DNA of 63,921 nt, counting the filler, from Reticulomyxa filosa (Eukaryota; Protista; Foraminifera): the NCBI GenBank assembly GCA_000512085.1. It is 23 parts of 23 records of this genome, joined end to end, with 100 filler letters (N's around TTAATTAATTAA, not from the genome) between each part and the next. Parts side by side here need not be neighbours in the genome. Positions count along the whole stretch, not along the records: positions 9,338 to 13,385 come from ASPP01028257.1; positions 13,486 to 15,118 come from ASPP01042887.1; positions 15,219 to 16,676 come from ASPP01025479.1; positions 16,777 to 18,989 come from ASPP01042583.1; positions 19,090 to 20,742 come from ASPP01043324.1; positions 20,843 to 24,542 come from ASPP01001768.1; positions 24,643 to 28,187 come from ASPP01034153.1; 16 more parts are not named here. One strand, written 5' to 3'. The notes under the pieces were generated by a model. It was not told the origin of the DNA and ran no database searches. It saw nothing but the letters and a program-made list of their open reading frames with translations. Positions 12,569-25,050 of this stretch are shown piece by piece. How positions within the stretch are numbered: position 1 is the first letter of the stretch; every line of letters starts with the position of its first letter. The translations under genes were made by a program, and so were the position numbers.

Positions 12569-12929
12569 ATTTAAGAGAATTTGACAAAAAATTCTGCACA
12601 AAGAAACTCTGGTTACCTCGCGTTAATTAAATTTTGCTTATTTATTTAAATTTTAATCTTTGTGTTTTTTTAAATTTTGAAAAATGAAATTGTCTTTTAA
12701 AAATATTAAATATTATAAAGGCGTTTATATTATTTAAATAGTTATTCAATGAGTTGTTACACTACAAAAGGAATGCACAAACAAGTGAACATTAAAAAAA
12801 GGATCACATTAATCTAAATAATCTTTAACCTTTCGTGGATACTTATTTGAATTACTGTGTAAAAGTATACAATCGTCATATTATTAGTGAACATGGGAAA
12901 TAATTTAACGTTTATCTAAATGATATAAC

Positions 12930-13385
12930 AGCTCACAATCAGGGCACAAAGGGCTTTACCAGATAAGTGCAGAAGTGACACCTTGGACCCAATTACTTCA
13001 AAAGCGCATTCAACAAGAAAGCACATTGATGAGTCATAGCAATACGAGGAATAATATAACATCAAATGTGGATACAATTGCAATGGCTCCACATTATTTG
13101 TACAAATTTACACTAGTGATATTCTTGTTCCTTACAGTCACCCTATCATTTTCTGTCAATGGTATATTTTACATATGCACACACACACATGTATATTATC
13201 TATATATACATTTTTTTTTGAAAAAAAAAATAGGCATCAAGCTAGGATTGTTATTATGGATGTTATCAGTGGTAATGTTGATTGGTGGACTATACTTTGG
13301 TGCAAGAGTGTTGCTATCGATAGGTGCACAATGGTGGACTGATATTTTATTAACACGACGACATCACTTACAAAGTACACTCTCC
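12930..13385 (+). CDS. Hypothetical multi-pass membrane protein fragment
   Basis: Two hydrophobic helices separated by a GT-AG intron at about 13162-13233. Truncated by the spacer. Confidence 0.45.
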
Positions 13386-13485
13386 NNNNNNNNNNNNNNN
13401 NNNNNNNNNNNNNNNNNNNNNNNNNNNNNTTAATTAATTAANNNNNNNNNNNNNNNNNNNNNNNNNNNNNNNNNNNNNNNNNNNN

Positions 13486-15118
13486 ATAACAAATTAAATG
13501 ATGACAAGATATTGAATAAATTTGAAATGGAAATGGATTATTTATCTGAAATTGCATGGGAAGATTAAAATGTGGACAGGCAATATCTCTTGTGAAATCC
13601 AACAAAGAATATTAAATATGATAAAATATAAATATCCACGTAAAGATATTTCAGTGACATCTCAATAATCTCGAATCAATTCATTTAGATTTGTTCAAGG
13701 ACAAGATTCAAAATCAAAACATTTGTCACAACCAAATGGCCCGGTGTATTTCCCTCATTTGACATTTCAAGAATGGCTTGCTGCTTATTATTTAGTTAGA
13801 TGTTTATATCAATCAAATGGAACAAAAGACATGAACAATTATGTTCAATTTTGATGAATGAACAACTCACTCCAAGATATTCAGTGATGATTCCGTTCAT
13901 GTCTGGAATATTTTATGACAATATAATTTCCAAGAAAGATCCATCAGGATCAGATTTATTGTATTTTTGGAAATTATTGCATTCTTCATTACCTCAAATT
14001 GTTCCAATTCATCAAATGATGTTGTTTATGCATTGTTTTGATGCTTGTAAGACACTTGTAGTTCATTTCTTTCATCACAACTTCGAACTTGTCATAAATC
14101 ACTTATTCGTTCATTCAAATCATGGATCACTTCTTGGATTCATTTTGATAAAGACAAAGATTATGCTTATAGGTATGATGATCGTGTCATTGACAGACCA
14201 TTGAATAAAGTGATGGAATCGCATTTACCCAATTTTCAATATGTTTTGAATCGTCTAGATATCCACTTGTGTATCGTCGATCAAATTAAGATAATTCAAA
14301 CACAATTGAATAAACTTGATGATAAATTAAGAGATGATCGATTGAAATTATTACAGTATTTGTGTATTTCAACAGAAACTTCAGATGTTGTTGTCCAATA
14401 TTACAAACAAGTTTTTAAGAGATACGATTGGATATGTGCATACTTACTTTGTGTGATATCAGTGAAATTAAATGAACAACAATTTACTGTGCACACGCAC
14501 TTGCAACGATTTCATCACAATTGGGAGGAAAATAGTTGGATAATGCATTCCAATGTTTCATTCATAGGTTTCCTTCATATTTTTATAATGATGGTTATTA
14601 TACAGATGCGACTCAATTTCTAATGAAATTGAAGGAAGGACAATTAGGTGATGTTTTTCAATGTTTCATCAGTCGATTATCTGATGAAAAGGAAGATGAA
14701 TATAATCGTAGAAAATGCGCAGAATTACTTGGAAAACTCTCAATGAAATGGAATGAAAACCAATTGGAGAGGGTTTTCAACGCTTTAATATTTGTTTCCA
14801 AACATTCGATGAACACAAACAACGACAAAGATAAAGATGAATCATTGGTGAAATTACTTCAATTAACATCAACGAAATTGAATGACGAACAATTATATTT
14901 ATTAGTGATACATTTATTGGAAAGAGTGAAAAAGGAATGTAAATGGTATGTGCAAGATGCATTGTTAAAAATATCCGAAGATATGTGGAAACGTGCAACA
15001 GTTTGTAGATTGAAAGAAAATATCCAAATGAAAAATGAAAATACATTCAATCCTCGTATTCAATTGAGCTGTGATGATAATAATACAAATCTTGATGATT
15101 TGAATGAGTTAATCAGAT
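13486..15118 (+). pseudogene. NACHT-associated winged helix plus HEAT/ARM-like repeat protein, frameshifted
   Basis: YLSEIAWE and VYFPHLTFQEWLAAYYL (the FxHxxFQE NACHT motif), followed by helical repeats such as RRKCAELLGKLSMKWNENQLERVF. Several stops and frameshifts. Confidence 0.75.
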
Positions 15119-15218
15119 NNNNNNNNNNNNNNNNNNNNNNNNNNNNNNNNNNNNNNNNNNNNTTAATTAATTAANNNNNNNNNNNNNNNNNNNNNNNNNN
15201 NNNNNNNNNNNNNNNNNN

Positions 15219-16181
15219 AAGGTTATTATCACATGCATATAACGATGTTTTTATATGTTTAAGCGATTCAAAATGTATTGATATTTTTTTTTCTATTCCA
15301 CAATATGTTACAAAATTGAAATGCAATTGCAAAATTCCATTTGGGAATTTTTTGGTAGATCGCTCTTGGTTTAAAGATATTCAATTGAGATTTGATATGA
15401 AGAACACAAAAGCAAGTCATTGGACGATGAAATTTTCCAATTGGAATTATTGCATGATATATTTGCCCTAAAAAAGCTGTATTTGAATAAAGAAAATATG
15501 CGCACTTTACGTGCGAAAAAAATTATGAACTGCTTCACTTGTAAGAAATCGGATGACACGTTAATGTGTTTAAATGCATTGACAGATAAACAAATTAGCC
15601 ATGACCGATCAAAGCCAAAAACATTAATGGAACAATTACTTCGAAAGGCAGAATCTAATCTCTCTAAAGAAATGCATGCTTTAATTAAGGAATGCATGAA
15701 TGGAAGGCAAGGAAAGGATTTAATTACGTCTTGCAAAAACGAGTTACTTTATGTCATTAAACAAATCACACAAAATCCAATTGCACAATTGTTATTGCAA
15801 TCGATGCACAATATAAATTGAGAGATTGAATGATCTTGGAAAGCTGCTTGTCAATTGGCTGGAACAACTAATGAACAGTTACAACAAATTATTAATACAA
15901 GACATCTCCAAAACTTTGATCCAATTCAACAGCAAACATTACGCAAGTTATTTGAGGATGAAAAGAGTGTCTCTCAATCTGATTTGGAATTATGGGTGGA
16001 CATTTTGCTGCCAATAACAAGTGATGATACTTTTCAACAGCAAAGAGCAGCTGCTATGAATAGAATCAAAACATGGATGCAGCAAAGACGCTTGGTTGAT
16101 CAAGGTATATATTTAGAAATGACACAGCAAATTGCCAAAATAAATTCAGATATGATTGACATTCCATTTATTTGTAATTAG
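15219..16181 (+). pseudogene. Fragment of a large helical protein with in-frame stops
   Basis: ORFs 15420..15821 and 15855..16181 are in the same frame, separated by two TGA codons. Confidence 0.45.
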
Positions 16182-16776
16182 TGCATCAATTGGTGTTCGA
16201 ATGCAAACAAATACATGTTTAGTTTCTAATGAAAAGAGTACTTGGTCTCATTATTTCCAATAAACAATATTCGATTAATAATATTGTTACTTTTCAACGG
16301 TTAATTGGATTTTGCATTTACAACGATATTTGTCACAGATTGATTGACTCTTTGCAATTGCTACAGGATTATCAATGCTTGCAATTGGCCAAATGTTCGT
16401 TCGAATAGAGGCAGCCATTCCAGTGACACCTTTCTCACTTGTCAATGCCCACGTGCGAGGCTATTTTCCAATACATTGCTACTAAGGCTCCTTCTGCTGA
16501 TTCACCACGATAACGCACACTTAATATTTTCTTATCTATTGATTACTTATTTCTTATTTCTTATTATGACAGGAATTCAATTGTTCCAGATATTGTCAAA
16601 CGGAAATGAAAAAAAAGAGTATAAAATGTTAATATCATTTGTTATTGCCACATATAAAGATATTGGAGGAAAAGGANNNNNNNNNNNNNNNNNNNNNNNN
16701 NNNNNNNNNNNNNNNNNNNNTTAATTAATTAANNNNNNNNNNNNNNNNNNNNNNNNNNNNNNNNNNNNNNNNNNNN

Positions 16777-16816
<40 letters not shown>

Positions 16817-18909
16817 CTTTCAGAAAAAGAAAAAGGACAAACTGGTGGGATATTTTGTGTTCATGTTGTGCCTCAGCCTCTTTTTGTTGCTGTCGAAGAT
16901 TTTCCAAATTCTTTTGCTCATTTTCCAATTGTTTTGCAGCAGTGTTTTTTTGCTTTTCCATGTCCTGAGTCTCTTTTTCCATTATTTTAATTTTGTTGGT
17001 CAATTCATTGTATTCCTTTTCCCTTCAAACAAACAAACAAAAAAAAAAGGCATTATCAATGAAGTAAAGTGTTGAATTGTATTCAATTACATGCATTTGA
17101 GTGATGTATATATATACATATATATATATATATATGTACATATATACATATATGTATGTATGTTGTCTAAAGACTTGCCTTTCTTTATTTTTTTGAGTTG
17201 TGTCAGCCAGTTGTCGATTGATTGTTTCCAACTCTTTTTTTGCTTTGGCTAATTCGCTTTGTTTGTGTTCGAATTGTTTCGTAAAGGTTTCTTCATGTTG
17301 CCTCAATTCATTTGTTTTTTTTTCCAACACTTTTTCCGATTCTTCAAGTATCTTTTTTTTTTTTTGGAAGTCATCTTTTTGTTTCTCAAGGCGAGTTCCC
17401 AATTCCCTCGCCCTATTCATCCAAAAAAAAAAAGTAGAGTTTTTGTCGTGGTTTGGTCTTCTCGCCATGGTCGATGAAAATTGAAGAAAAGGGTATTATA
17501 AAAATGTATAAATATAAATTATAAATTAAATTAAATTAAATTATGTATGTTGCAATTAACGTTTTTTCATTTCAATTTTTTGCTTTGCTTGATTCTCGTC
17601 AAATTTTTGCCTTTCGGTTTGCAGTTTTTGCTTTTCAGCCTGAACTTCGGTTTGAAGTTTTTGCAATCCGTGTTCTTTGATTTGCAATTGTTGTTCTGTT
17701 GTTTGCAATTGTTGTTCTGTTGTTTGCAATTGTTGTTCTTTGGTTTGCAATTGTTGTTCTTTGGTTTGTAATTGTTGTTCTTTGGTTTGTAATTGTTGTT
17801 CTGTTGTTTGCAATTGTTGTTCTTTGGCTTGCAATTGTTGTTCAAAAGTCTTGAGTTCCTTTTGCTGTTCTGTCAGCTTGGTTTTTTCGCTTTCAGCTGC
17901 TTTTGCGCCTTCTCGTGCGCGTGCTCTCGTTTTTCCAGGGCTTGTTCGTGTTTATCTAACTGTTGGCCGCGTTGTTCCAGCTTCTGCTTTTCCGTTTCAA
18001 AATGACTCCTTTGTTGTTTCAAGAGTTGTTTGTCTTCCTCCAACTTTTTGTGTTCGTCTTGTAGGGACTTCTTTTCTTTGTTCAGGTTTTCTCTTTGCTC
18101 TTGCAGTTGCGCGTTTTCATGTTTTAAATTTTGCTCCATTTCCCTCGACTCGTTTTTCTGAGTCTCAAACTCGGCCTTTTCTTTGTCTATGTCCTGTCTT
18201 TGTTTTTTCAACTCTTTGTCCTTCGATGTAAGCGCTTTGTCCTTTGATTCGAGCGCTTTGCCCTTTGATTCGAGTTCTTTATCCTTCGAGTCCAGCTTTT
18301 CTTGCTCTTGCGTAGTTGGTCTTGCTCTGTTTCCAGCTTTTGTCTTTGCTGCTCCAACTCTTCCCTTTCAGCTTTCAGTTTGAATTGACTCTTTTCCAAT
18401 TCGTTTTGCATCTCTTGGTGCTTTTGCAACTGCAACTGCAACTGCTGCTGCTCGCCTTGAAGCGCCGGATCCTCCTTTTTCTTCTTTTTCTTGCTTTTTG
18501 ACGACGTTGTTGTCTCTGATGATGGTGATGATGATGATGCTGCTGTTGATGATGCTGTTGTTACCTCTGATGTTGCTAACGACGACTCCGGCTTGTCCTT
18601 TATCTTCTTCTTACTTTTCTTCTTCTCTTTCTTCTCTTCTTCCGGCTTTGTTGAGGAACTCTCTTTTTGTGGTATTGTTGACACCTTTGCTGCTGGCACA
18701 TCCTTGCTGCTGCCATCCAATACTTCGATTCCTGTCAACTTTTTCTTCAAAAATGTGCTGATGAAGGAAACATGCCTCTCTTCTATCACACCAACAATTA
18801 TACTCTGGTGTCCTGCCCAATCCTTCGGCTCTTCCTTCGAATATGCCAGTCGGATTGATTTTATCGTATTGTCTTTGTCGTGCTTCCATCCCAAATACAC
18901 TCTCACCAC
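16777..18909 (-). CDS. Long coiled-coil protein (Q/E/K-rich) with small N-terminal globular region, 3'-partial
   Basis: ORFs 18208..18909, 17873..18211, 17556..17834, 17025..17468 and 16725..17003 are joined by introns and homopolymer indels. Heptad-rich sequence. Confidence 0.7.
17682..17843 (-). repeat. Coding 21-bp tandem repeat, about 8 units (EQQLQTK heptad)
   Basis: Plus-strand units ttgcaattgttgttct(g/t)ttg(g)t. Confidence 0.9.
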
Positions 18910-19089
18910 TATTTTTTTTTAAAAAAAAAAAAAAAAAAAAAAGAAATTTCTGAATCTTTCTAACAACTCCCCCTTTTTAAAAATAAAAANNNNNNNNNNN
19001 NNNNNNNNNNNNNNNNNNNNNNNNNNNNNNNNNTTAATTAATTAANNNNNNNNNNNNNNNNNNNNNNNNNNNNNNNNNNNNNNNNNNNN

Positions 19090-19640
19090 TATATATATAT
19101 ACTCTTTATTTTCTTTTTTTCTATGTAATATACTAATATCATATTGATTAATAAAACAAAATAGCCAAAGGAGTGCATAATCCTATATCTCTTTTCCAGT
19201 ACCAAATTGTTGCTGACATCAGCAGAACAATGTGCAAGTATGTACACATGTGATGATGCAAAAAAAGAATTAGACGATGAAGATTATGCAAAATATGTGC
19301 ATTGTTGTTTTCATTTTTATTTTTTTGTTTGAGCAATCAGGAAGATCTTCTTGCTGAAGCTTCAAGAGTGAAAGAAAAAGAAAGCGACAAAGAAAAACAC
19401 AAGACAAAAGCAAAAAAATCAGAGAAAACTTTGATGAATGAATTAAATGGTGAAATGGAGATATTCATAGTCTATGTATAAAATTGCTTGATACAATTTT
19501 AACGAAACTGTCCGAGAAATAACTAAAAAAATTATTGATTCCTTCATAAATGGATTGGAAGATGGAGATGTGCATATGCAAATTACTTGGAGTAATTTCA
19601 ACTGTATAACTAATAGACAGCCAGCAAAAAAAATTATGAC
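19090..19640 (+). pseudogene. Decayed HEAT-like family fragment; 19090-19240 is paralogous to about 8649-8792
   Basis: Shared intron plus exon sequence (aaaacaaaatagccaaag.agtgcataatcc...gcagaacaatgtg) on two contigs, and a CKLLGVIS remnant. Confidence 0.5.
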
Positions 19641-21411
19641 ACATCAATTAACCATAGTCCTTATCAGGATTTTCCAAGTTTATTTAAAGTGTTAAAGAGA
19701 TATCGTGAATGGGTTCAATTTTATTTCATGATGTGTGTTTTATTTTCAAGTGACCACTTACTTAATTTTTTTTTTATGAAACATCAACTTTTTTTTTTGT
19801 GTGATTCTGTTCGAATCTTTCAATGATATTTCTCCCTAATTCTTTTGTAAAATACCTTTTTGAAATTTGTAATTGCAAGATATTTCTCCACAATAAACTG
19901 AGTTTTGCAATATGTACACAATTTCTTTATATTAACACAACTACGTCAGGATAAACAAAAATCAACAACGCTATTTTTTTTTTAAGTCAATTTCACACAT
20001 TGAAACTAAACTGCATTAAAAAAAAGAACAAATAAGACAAGTCAAATTGTTCCAAATTATTCTTATTATCGAAAGGAATCGGCATATTGACTTTATTTAA
20101 AATAAAGAATATAATTTTTAATTGTTTAATTTTTGAAAATCAAGCGCTTTTGAATAAAACTCAATTATATATCTGAAAAGTTCAAATTGGTACATGTCAA
20201 TTTAAAATTAAGAAATGAAAACCACAAATAAAATCTCAATAGTGGGCCATATTATATATAGATTTTGAAAAAAGGGGAGAATGGCAATAGCAAAACCATT
20301 GACTCAGAATTTTTTATGGATCCAAGATAAAAAGGACATCTTTTGTTCTTGGCTGTTTGATCAATGATTTTGCCTTTCACATTGTATATTATCCTCTTTT
20401 CCTAGTTTCTTCATCTTTCTCTTTGATTGCCGGAGATAACAAAGGAATCACTTGAGAGTGAAACATATGGGTATTAAAATAAACTCTAACTCATTCCTGA
20501 TCTATTTCTAAAATACTTTTACTGTGTTTGAGAGAATGAATTTTTAATTGAGGATTATTATAAGCTTGTGTTGTTATATTTGATACATGTAATGTATTTC
20601 CACCTTTTACTTTGTTCGTACTTCCACTCATTGTATTTTCATTGTTATTCATTTCTTCATTAATGACAGTATTGTCATCAGTTTTATTGAAAACGAAACT
20701 CTTACATTTCTGATTACGAAACCATTGATAAACAACATTACCNNNNNNNNNNNNNNNNNNNNNNNNNNNNNNNNNNNNNNNNNNNNTTAATTAATTAANN
20801 NNNNNNNNNNNNNNNNNNNNNNNNNNNNNNNNNNNNNNNNNNCAAATATTTTTTCAAAATTTTCACAAAGTTATTGTTTGTTGTTAATATTTTCGCCTTT
20901 ATACAATCTTACTTTAATTATCCAACAAATGCTTTCAATTGGATTTAGGTCTGGTAAATTATGATGAAAATTTATTAGTTCTATTATTTTTTTTAAACCA
21001 ATCCATTATTTTTTTAGTTTTGTAACATGATAAATCTTTCTGACCTGCCAGATCCAGCTTTTCTTTTTAAGATTCCATTACACTTATATGACGACAGCGA
21101 AAATCGAAGATATACTTATATTAAATTTCTTTGATACAGATCGAATGCTAGATCCACCAACCAGCATATCAACAGCAACTCTTTTCTTAAAAGCAATCAA
21201 ATGTTTCATTATTTTAAATATCAAAATTTTGAAATGTCAATTAAAAATATCAACAATAAAGAAAATATGCAAAAAAAAATAAGCATGCACAATCTGTGAT
21301 TTTACAAAAGATACCAATAACGACCACTTCATAAAATAGAGTTTCAGGTTCTTCCTTTTTTTTAAATACAGCTTTTTTCGGAGAAAAAAAAAAATCATCA
21401 TAATAAAGTAA

Positions 21412-23635
21412 ATGTTGGCTTTTGATGTGGAAAGTGACGAAAAAAAGCTGGAAAATGAAACAGAAATCTTTTCCAGTTCTGGTTGCTATAACAAAGACTG
21501 GGTTTTGTTTACTAACAAATCAGAGAAATTAAACCCATTAGTCTGCTATATTTGCAAACAAATTGCAAACAACGCAGTGGAATTGCATTGTGATGAACAT
21601 GAAAATGCAGAACAAGTGTATTTGTTTGGAGAGGAATGTCTGCAAAGCTATTTGAAGCAAAGCAATGGAAAATGCCCAATTCAACAACACGAACATTGCG
21701 AATTTGTGAAGAATAAATCTTCGAGACAACAAATTTCAGATTTATTGGTAATCTGTCCTCGACAACACGACTTGACAAAGAAACAGTTGAAAGAGTGGAC
21801 AGCATCAGGAGAAAGAGAAGGATACGAAAGCCAATGCAATTATAAAGGAAAAATGAAGGAAATGAAAGATCATTTGGACAAGTCATGTCAATTAATATCA
21901 ATTCAACACGTTATTTCATTGGTCAAAGAGTTGCAATCACAACTGCAAACTGAAAAATTAAAAATAGTTTTGTTATTATTTTTGTGTTTTTATACTTTGC
22001 AATTTATAAACAAAGGGAAAATATAGCAAATATTTTTTTTAAAAAAAAAAGGAAGAATTAAAAGAAATGCATTTGAAAAGTAACACAGAAATTCAACAGC
22101 TTAATGTAAACAGTTCTATTTAAATATTTATTATTTAATTCCTTATTACTTGAATTGTTGAAACATAATAGAAACAAATGAACGCTTTACAACAAGGATC
22201 TTTGAATAAGGATTCACAAATAATTGAATTGACAAAGAGTATTCAACAATTGAAATTCGAAATGAACCAGACAATTACTCAACTCAAAAAACAAATCGAA
22301 CAATGTCAAAGTACATTTGATACTAATACGAAACTCAATGTAAGCACTTTCTACTTTTAGAGAACAGGTTTCAAATATATGTACTATTTTCTTGGATTGG
22401 AAATCAAAAATAATAAAATAAACAAACATAGGATGAAATTAAACAATTGAAAAAAGAAATTCAATTCAAAAATGATCCAATTCATCAAATAAATGTTAAT
22501 AATAACGAAGGTAAAAAAGAAAACGATTTCAGTCATCAATTATTACAAACCAAATCCAAGTCCAATTCTACTTTGTTTAGTTCATCATCCAAATTACTCA
22601 ATACATTCGCTGGGCATACTAATGTCGTACGTAGTATTGATTATTCAACACTTGATGATGTTCAATTAATTTGTTCTGGATCAAATGATAATACAGTTCG
22701 TGTATGGGACTTTGATAGCAGCAAACAAATTCAATCATTCAATGGACATTCAAACTATGTAACTTGTGTAAAATTTTCACCATATCATTATCATAACTAT
22801 CGTCAAAATATCATTTGTTCTTCATCAAATGACAAAACTATTCGTTTTTGGGATATCAAACATAATAAGCGATTACAAATATTCAATCAGCACACCAGTG
22901 GTGTTTGTAGTATTAAATTTTCATCATTTAATGGTGGTAGATATTTGTGTTCTGGATCTAGTGACAAAACAATTCGTTTATGGGATGTTGAAGCATTCCA
23001 TCCATTACATGTTTTCAAAGGACATGAACATGTTGTTTGGTGTGTGGATATTTCATCATTGCAAAGTAATAACAACAATAATAGTAAAAGTAATAGTATT
23101 GGTGTGATTGGTGGAAATGGATATACCATTTGTTCTGGATCAAATGATTTAACTGTCCGTGTATGGGACATTGAAACAACCAAACAATTGATTGTATTTA
23201 AAGGACATGAAAATAATATTAGTAGTGTAAAATATGGGCCAAATGAATTAGGAAATATTGGTGGTGCAAATATAATATTATCTGGAGCACAAGACAGAAG
23301 TATTCGCTTGTGGGATATTCGATCTGTTCAACAAATTCAAATGTTTAGTGGACATACAAATGCTGTAATGGAAGTTGAATGTTCACCATTTGTAGTAAAT
23401 AATAGTGAATTTGGAGATAGTTCAAATGTGATATGCTCTGGATCAGTTGATAATACAATTCGTTTTTGGGATATTCGATCAAATAAAAAGAATTGGATGT
23501 GATGGACTTTGGTGAAGAAATATTATGTTTTAAATTTATAGAATTGAAAAAGAAAATAAAAGGAAATGAACAAAAACAAATGGTATTAATTTATGTTATG
23601 GTTCAAACAAAAGTTTAGTTTATGTTTGGGGATGA
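21412..23635 (+). CDS. RING/TRAF-type zinc finger plus coiled coil plus WD40-repeat protein
   Basis: CYICKQIANNAVELHC...CLQSYL...CPIQQH...CPR...CNYKGK...HLDKSC, several short exons, then about six WD40 repeats (GHTNVVRSIDYS...SGSxDxTIRxWD). The C-terminus LCYGS...VYVWG* ends at 23635 after small indels near 23490 and 23575. Confidence 0.9.
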
Positions 23636-24899
23636 ACAAATAATGAGTTTTTTTGAACTACTGCTATTTTTTGTGAATTGGAACATTCAAAAGTTTTTTA
23701 GTTCTATTTTCTCTTAAAATTTATGACGTTGTTTGATTCTGCTTTTTTATGAAAAAGAAGGCTATATTTCAAATGATATGCAAGTACTTTGATAAAGATA
23801 AATGACAAATTTTTTTATTGAAATTGTAATTGTTATATGTACAATTGTCATTTCACAATAAAAAGGGTTGAAAATATTCTAAAAATGAGTTATGAAAGGA
23901 GCTTCAAAATAAAAAGTATCATGTAAATAAGATGATAATGTTATATACGTTCATTTCGTTTATGTATGAATCCATTAAAAAAAATAAACATATAAAATAA
24001 AATTCTAATTAAGTTTGTTTACTCTCCAAAAAATTAAGTATTTGTTTAGTGCAAAGAGAATAATTCTTTCAAAAAAAAGAAAACTACTTTTATTTATAAT
24101 TTTATATTCAATACATTTTTTGTTCAGTCTTGCAAAACTAGCAAGTTAAAAGCAATCACGTAATATTTGTATCAAATCAACAAAATAGTATTGTTTGTTC
24201 ATTGTTGTAAAATTATTGTTAAAATTTTTCACGCACTATTGGACACAAAAAAACATACAAGTGCATAAGGATAACCGCACGACGAAAGATGAGATATCAC
24301 CCAAAAAAGGGCCACATAAATCACAAGAAGAAGGATGGCAAGAATGCAATGATAAACAACTGGACACACAACATGTGCACGGGAAAAAGCGCAGGAGAAA
24401 AAGGGGCCACATGAAGAAGAACCACAATGACATAGAATGAGCCACATAAAAAAGAAAAAGGAAGAACTACTGGAAAACAGTAATATAATCATATACTCTA
24501 TTTTTATTTTTTTTTCCCATTTTAATGTATTTCTTTTTTTTTNNNNNNNNNNNNNNNNNNNNNNNNNNNNNNNNNNNNNNNNNNNNTTAATTAATTAANN
24601 NNNNNNNNNNNNNNNNNNNNNNNNNNNNNNNNNNNNNNNNNNCCTCGTACGACCAATAGTCGTGTGGCGCGTGGTATCCATAGCATTTGATCTGTGTGCC
24701 TTTCGTCGGTTTGTCTAAAAGTTCATCTTGTGTTCTCCTCCTTTTTTTTTTTTTGAAGAAAAAAAAAAGGGGAAGGTTCCTAAAAAAAAGTTATCGCAAA
24801 GATATTACAAAAAATTTTTTTTTTTTTTTTCAAAAACAAATTGTCTTAATTCAACAATTTGTTACAATACCTACTTTATCTTTATGCCATTTGAAAAAA

Positions 24900-25050
24900 T
24901 CAATCAAATGATTCAAAACATATTGTATATATCACATTAATACTGATACTTTTATTGTTATTCTTTGAAAATAAAGAAATATTTATACACCAAACAGAAT
25001 ACATAACTTTGAAAACATGGAGTGTTTCAAATGTTTCAAGTCTAAGTGAC
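24900..25050 (-). pseudogene. WD40 family remnant
   Basis: ETFETLHVFK...VWCINIS...NNNKSISINVI.YTIC matches the repeat in the 22447..23502 ORF. Confidence 0.6.

Noticed and set aside
15816-15835. TGA or TAG reassignment or readthrough (also TAG at 45942)
   Set aside because: Intact genes use TGG for Trp and end in TGA, TAA or TAG. The in-frame stops lie in regions that otherwise look decayed.
17682-17843. CRISPR-like array, or Cys-rich ORF 17677..18231 (CNCCS repeats)
   Set aside because: There are no unique spacers. It is the antisense reading of a coding heptad repeat.
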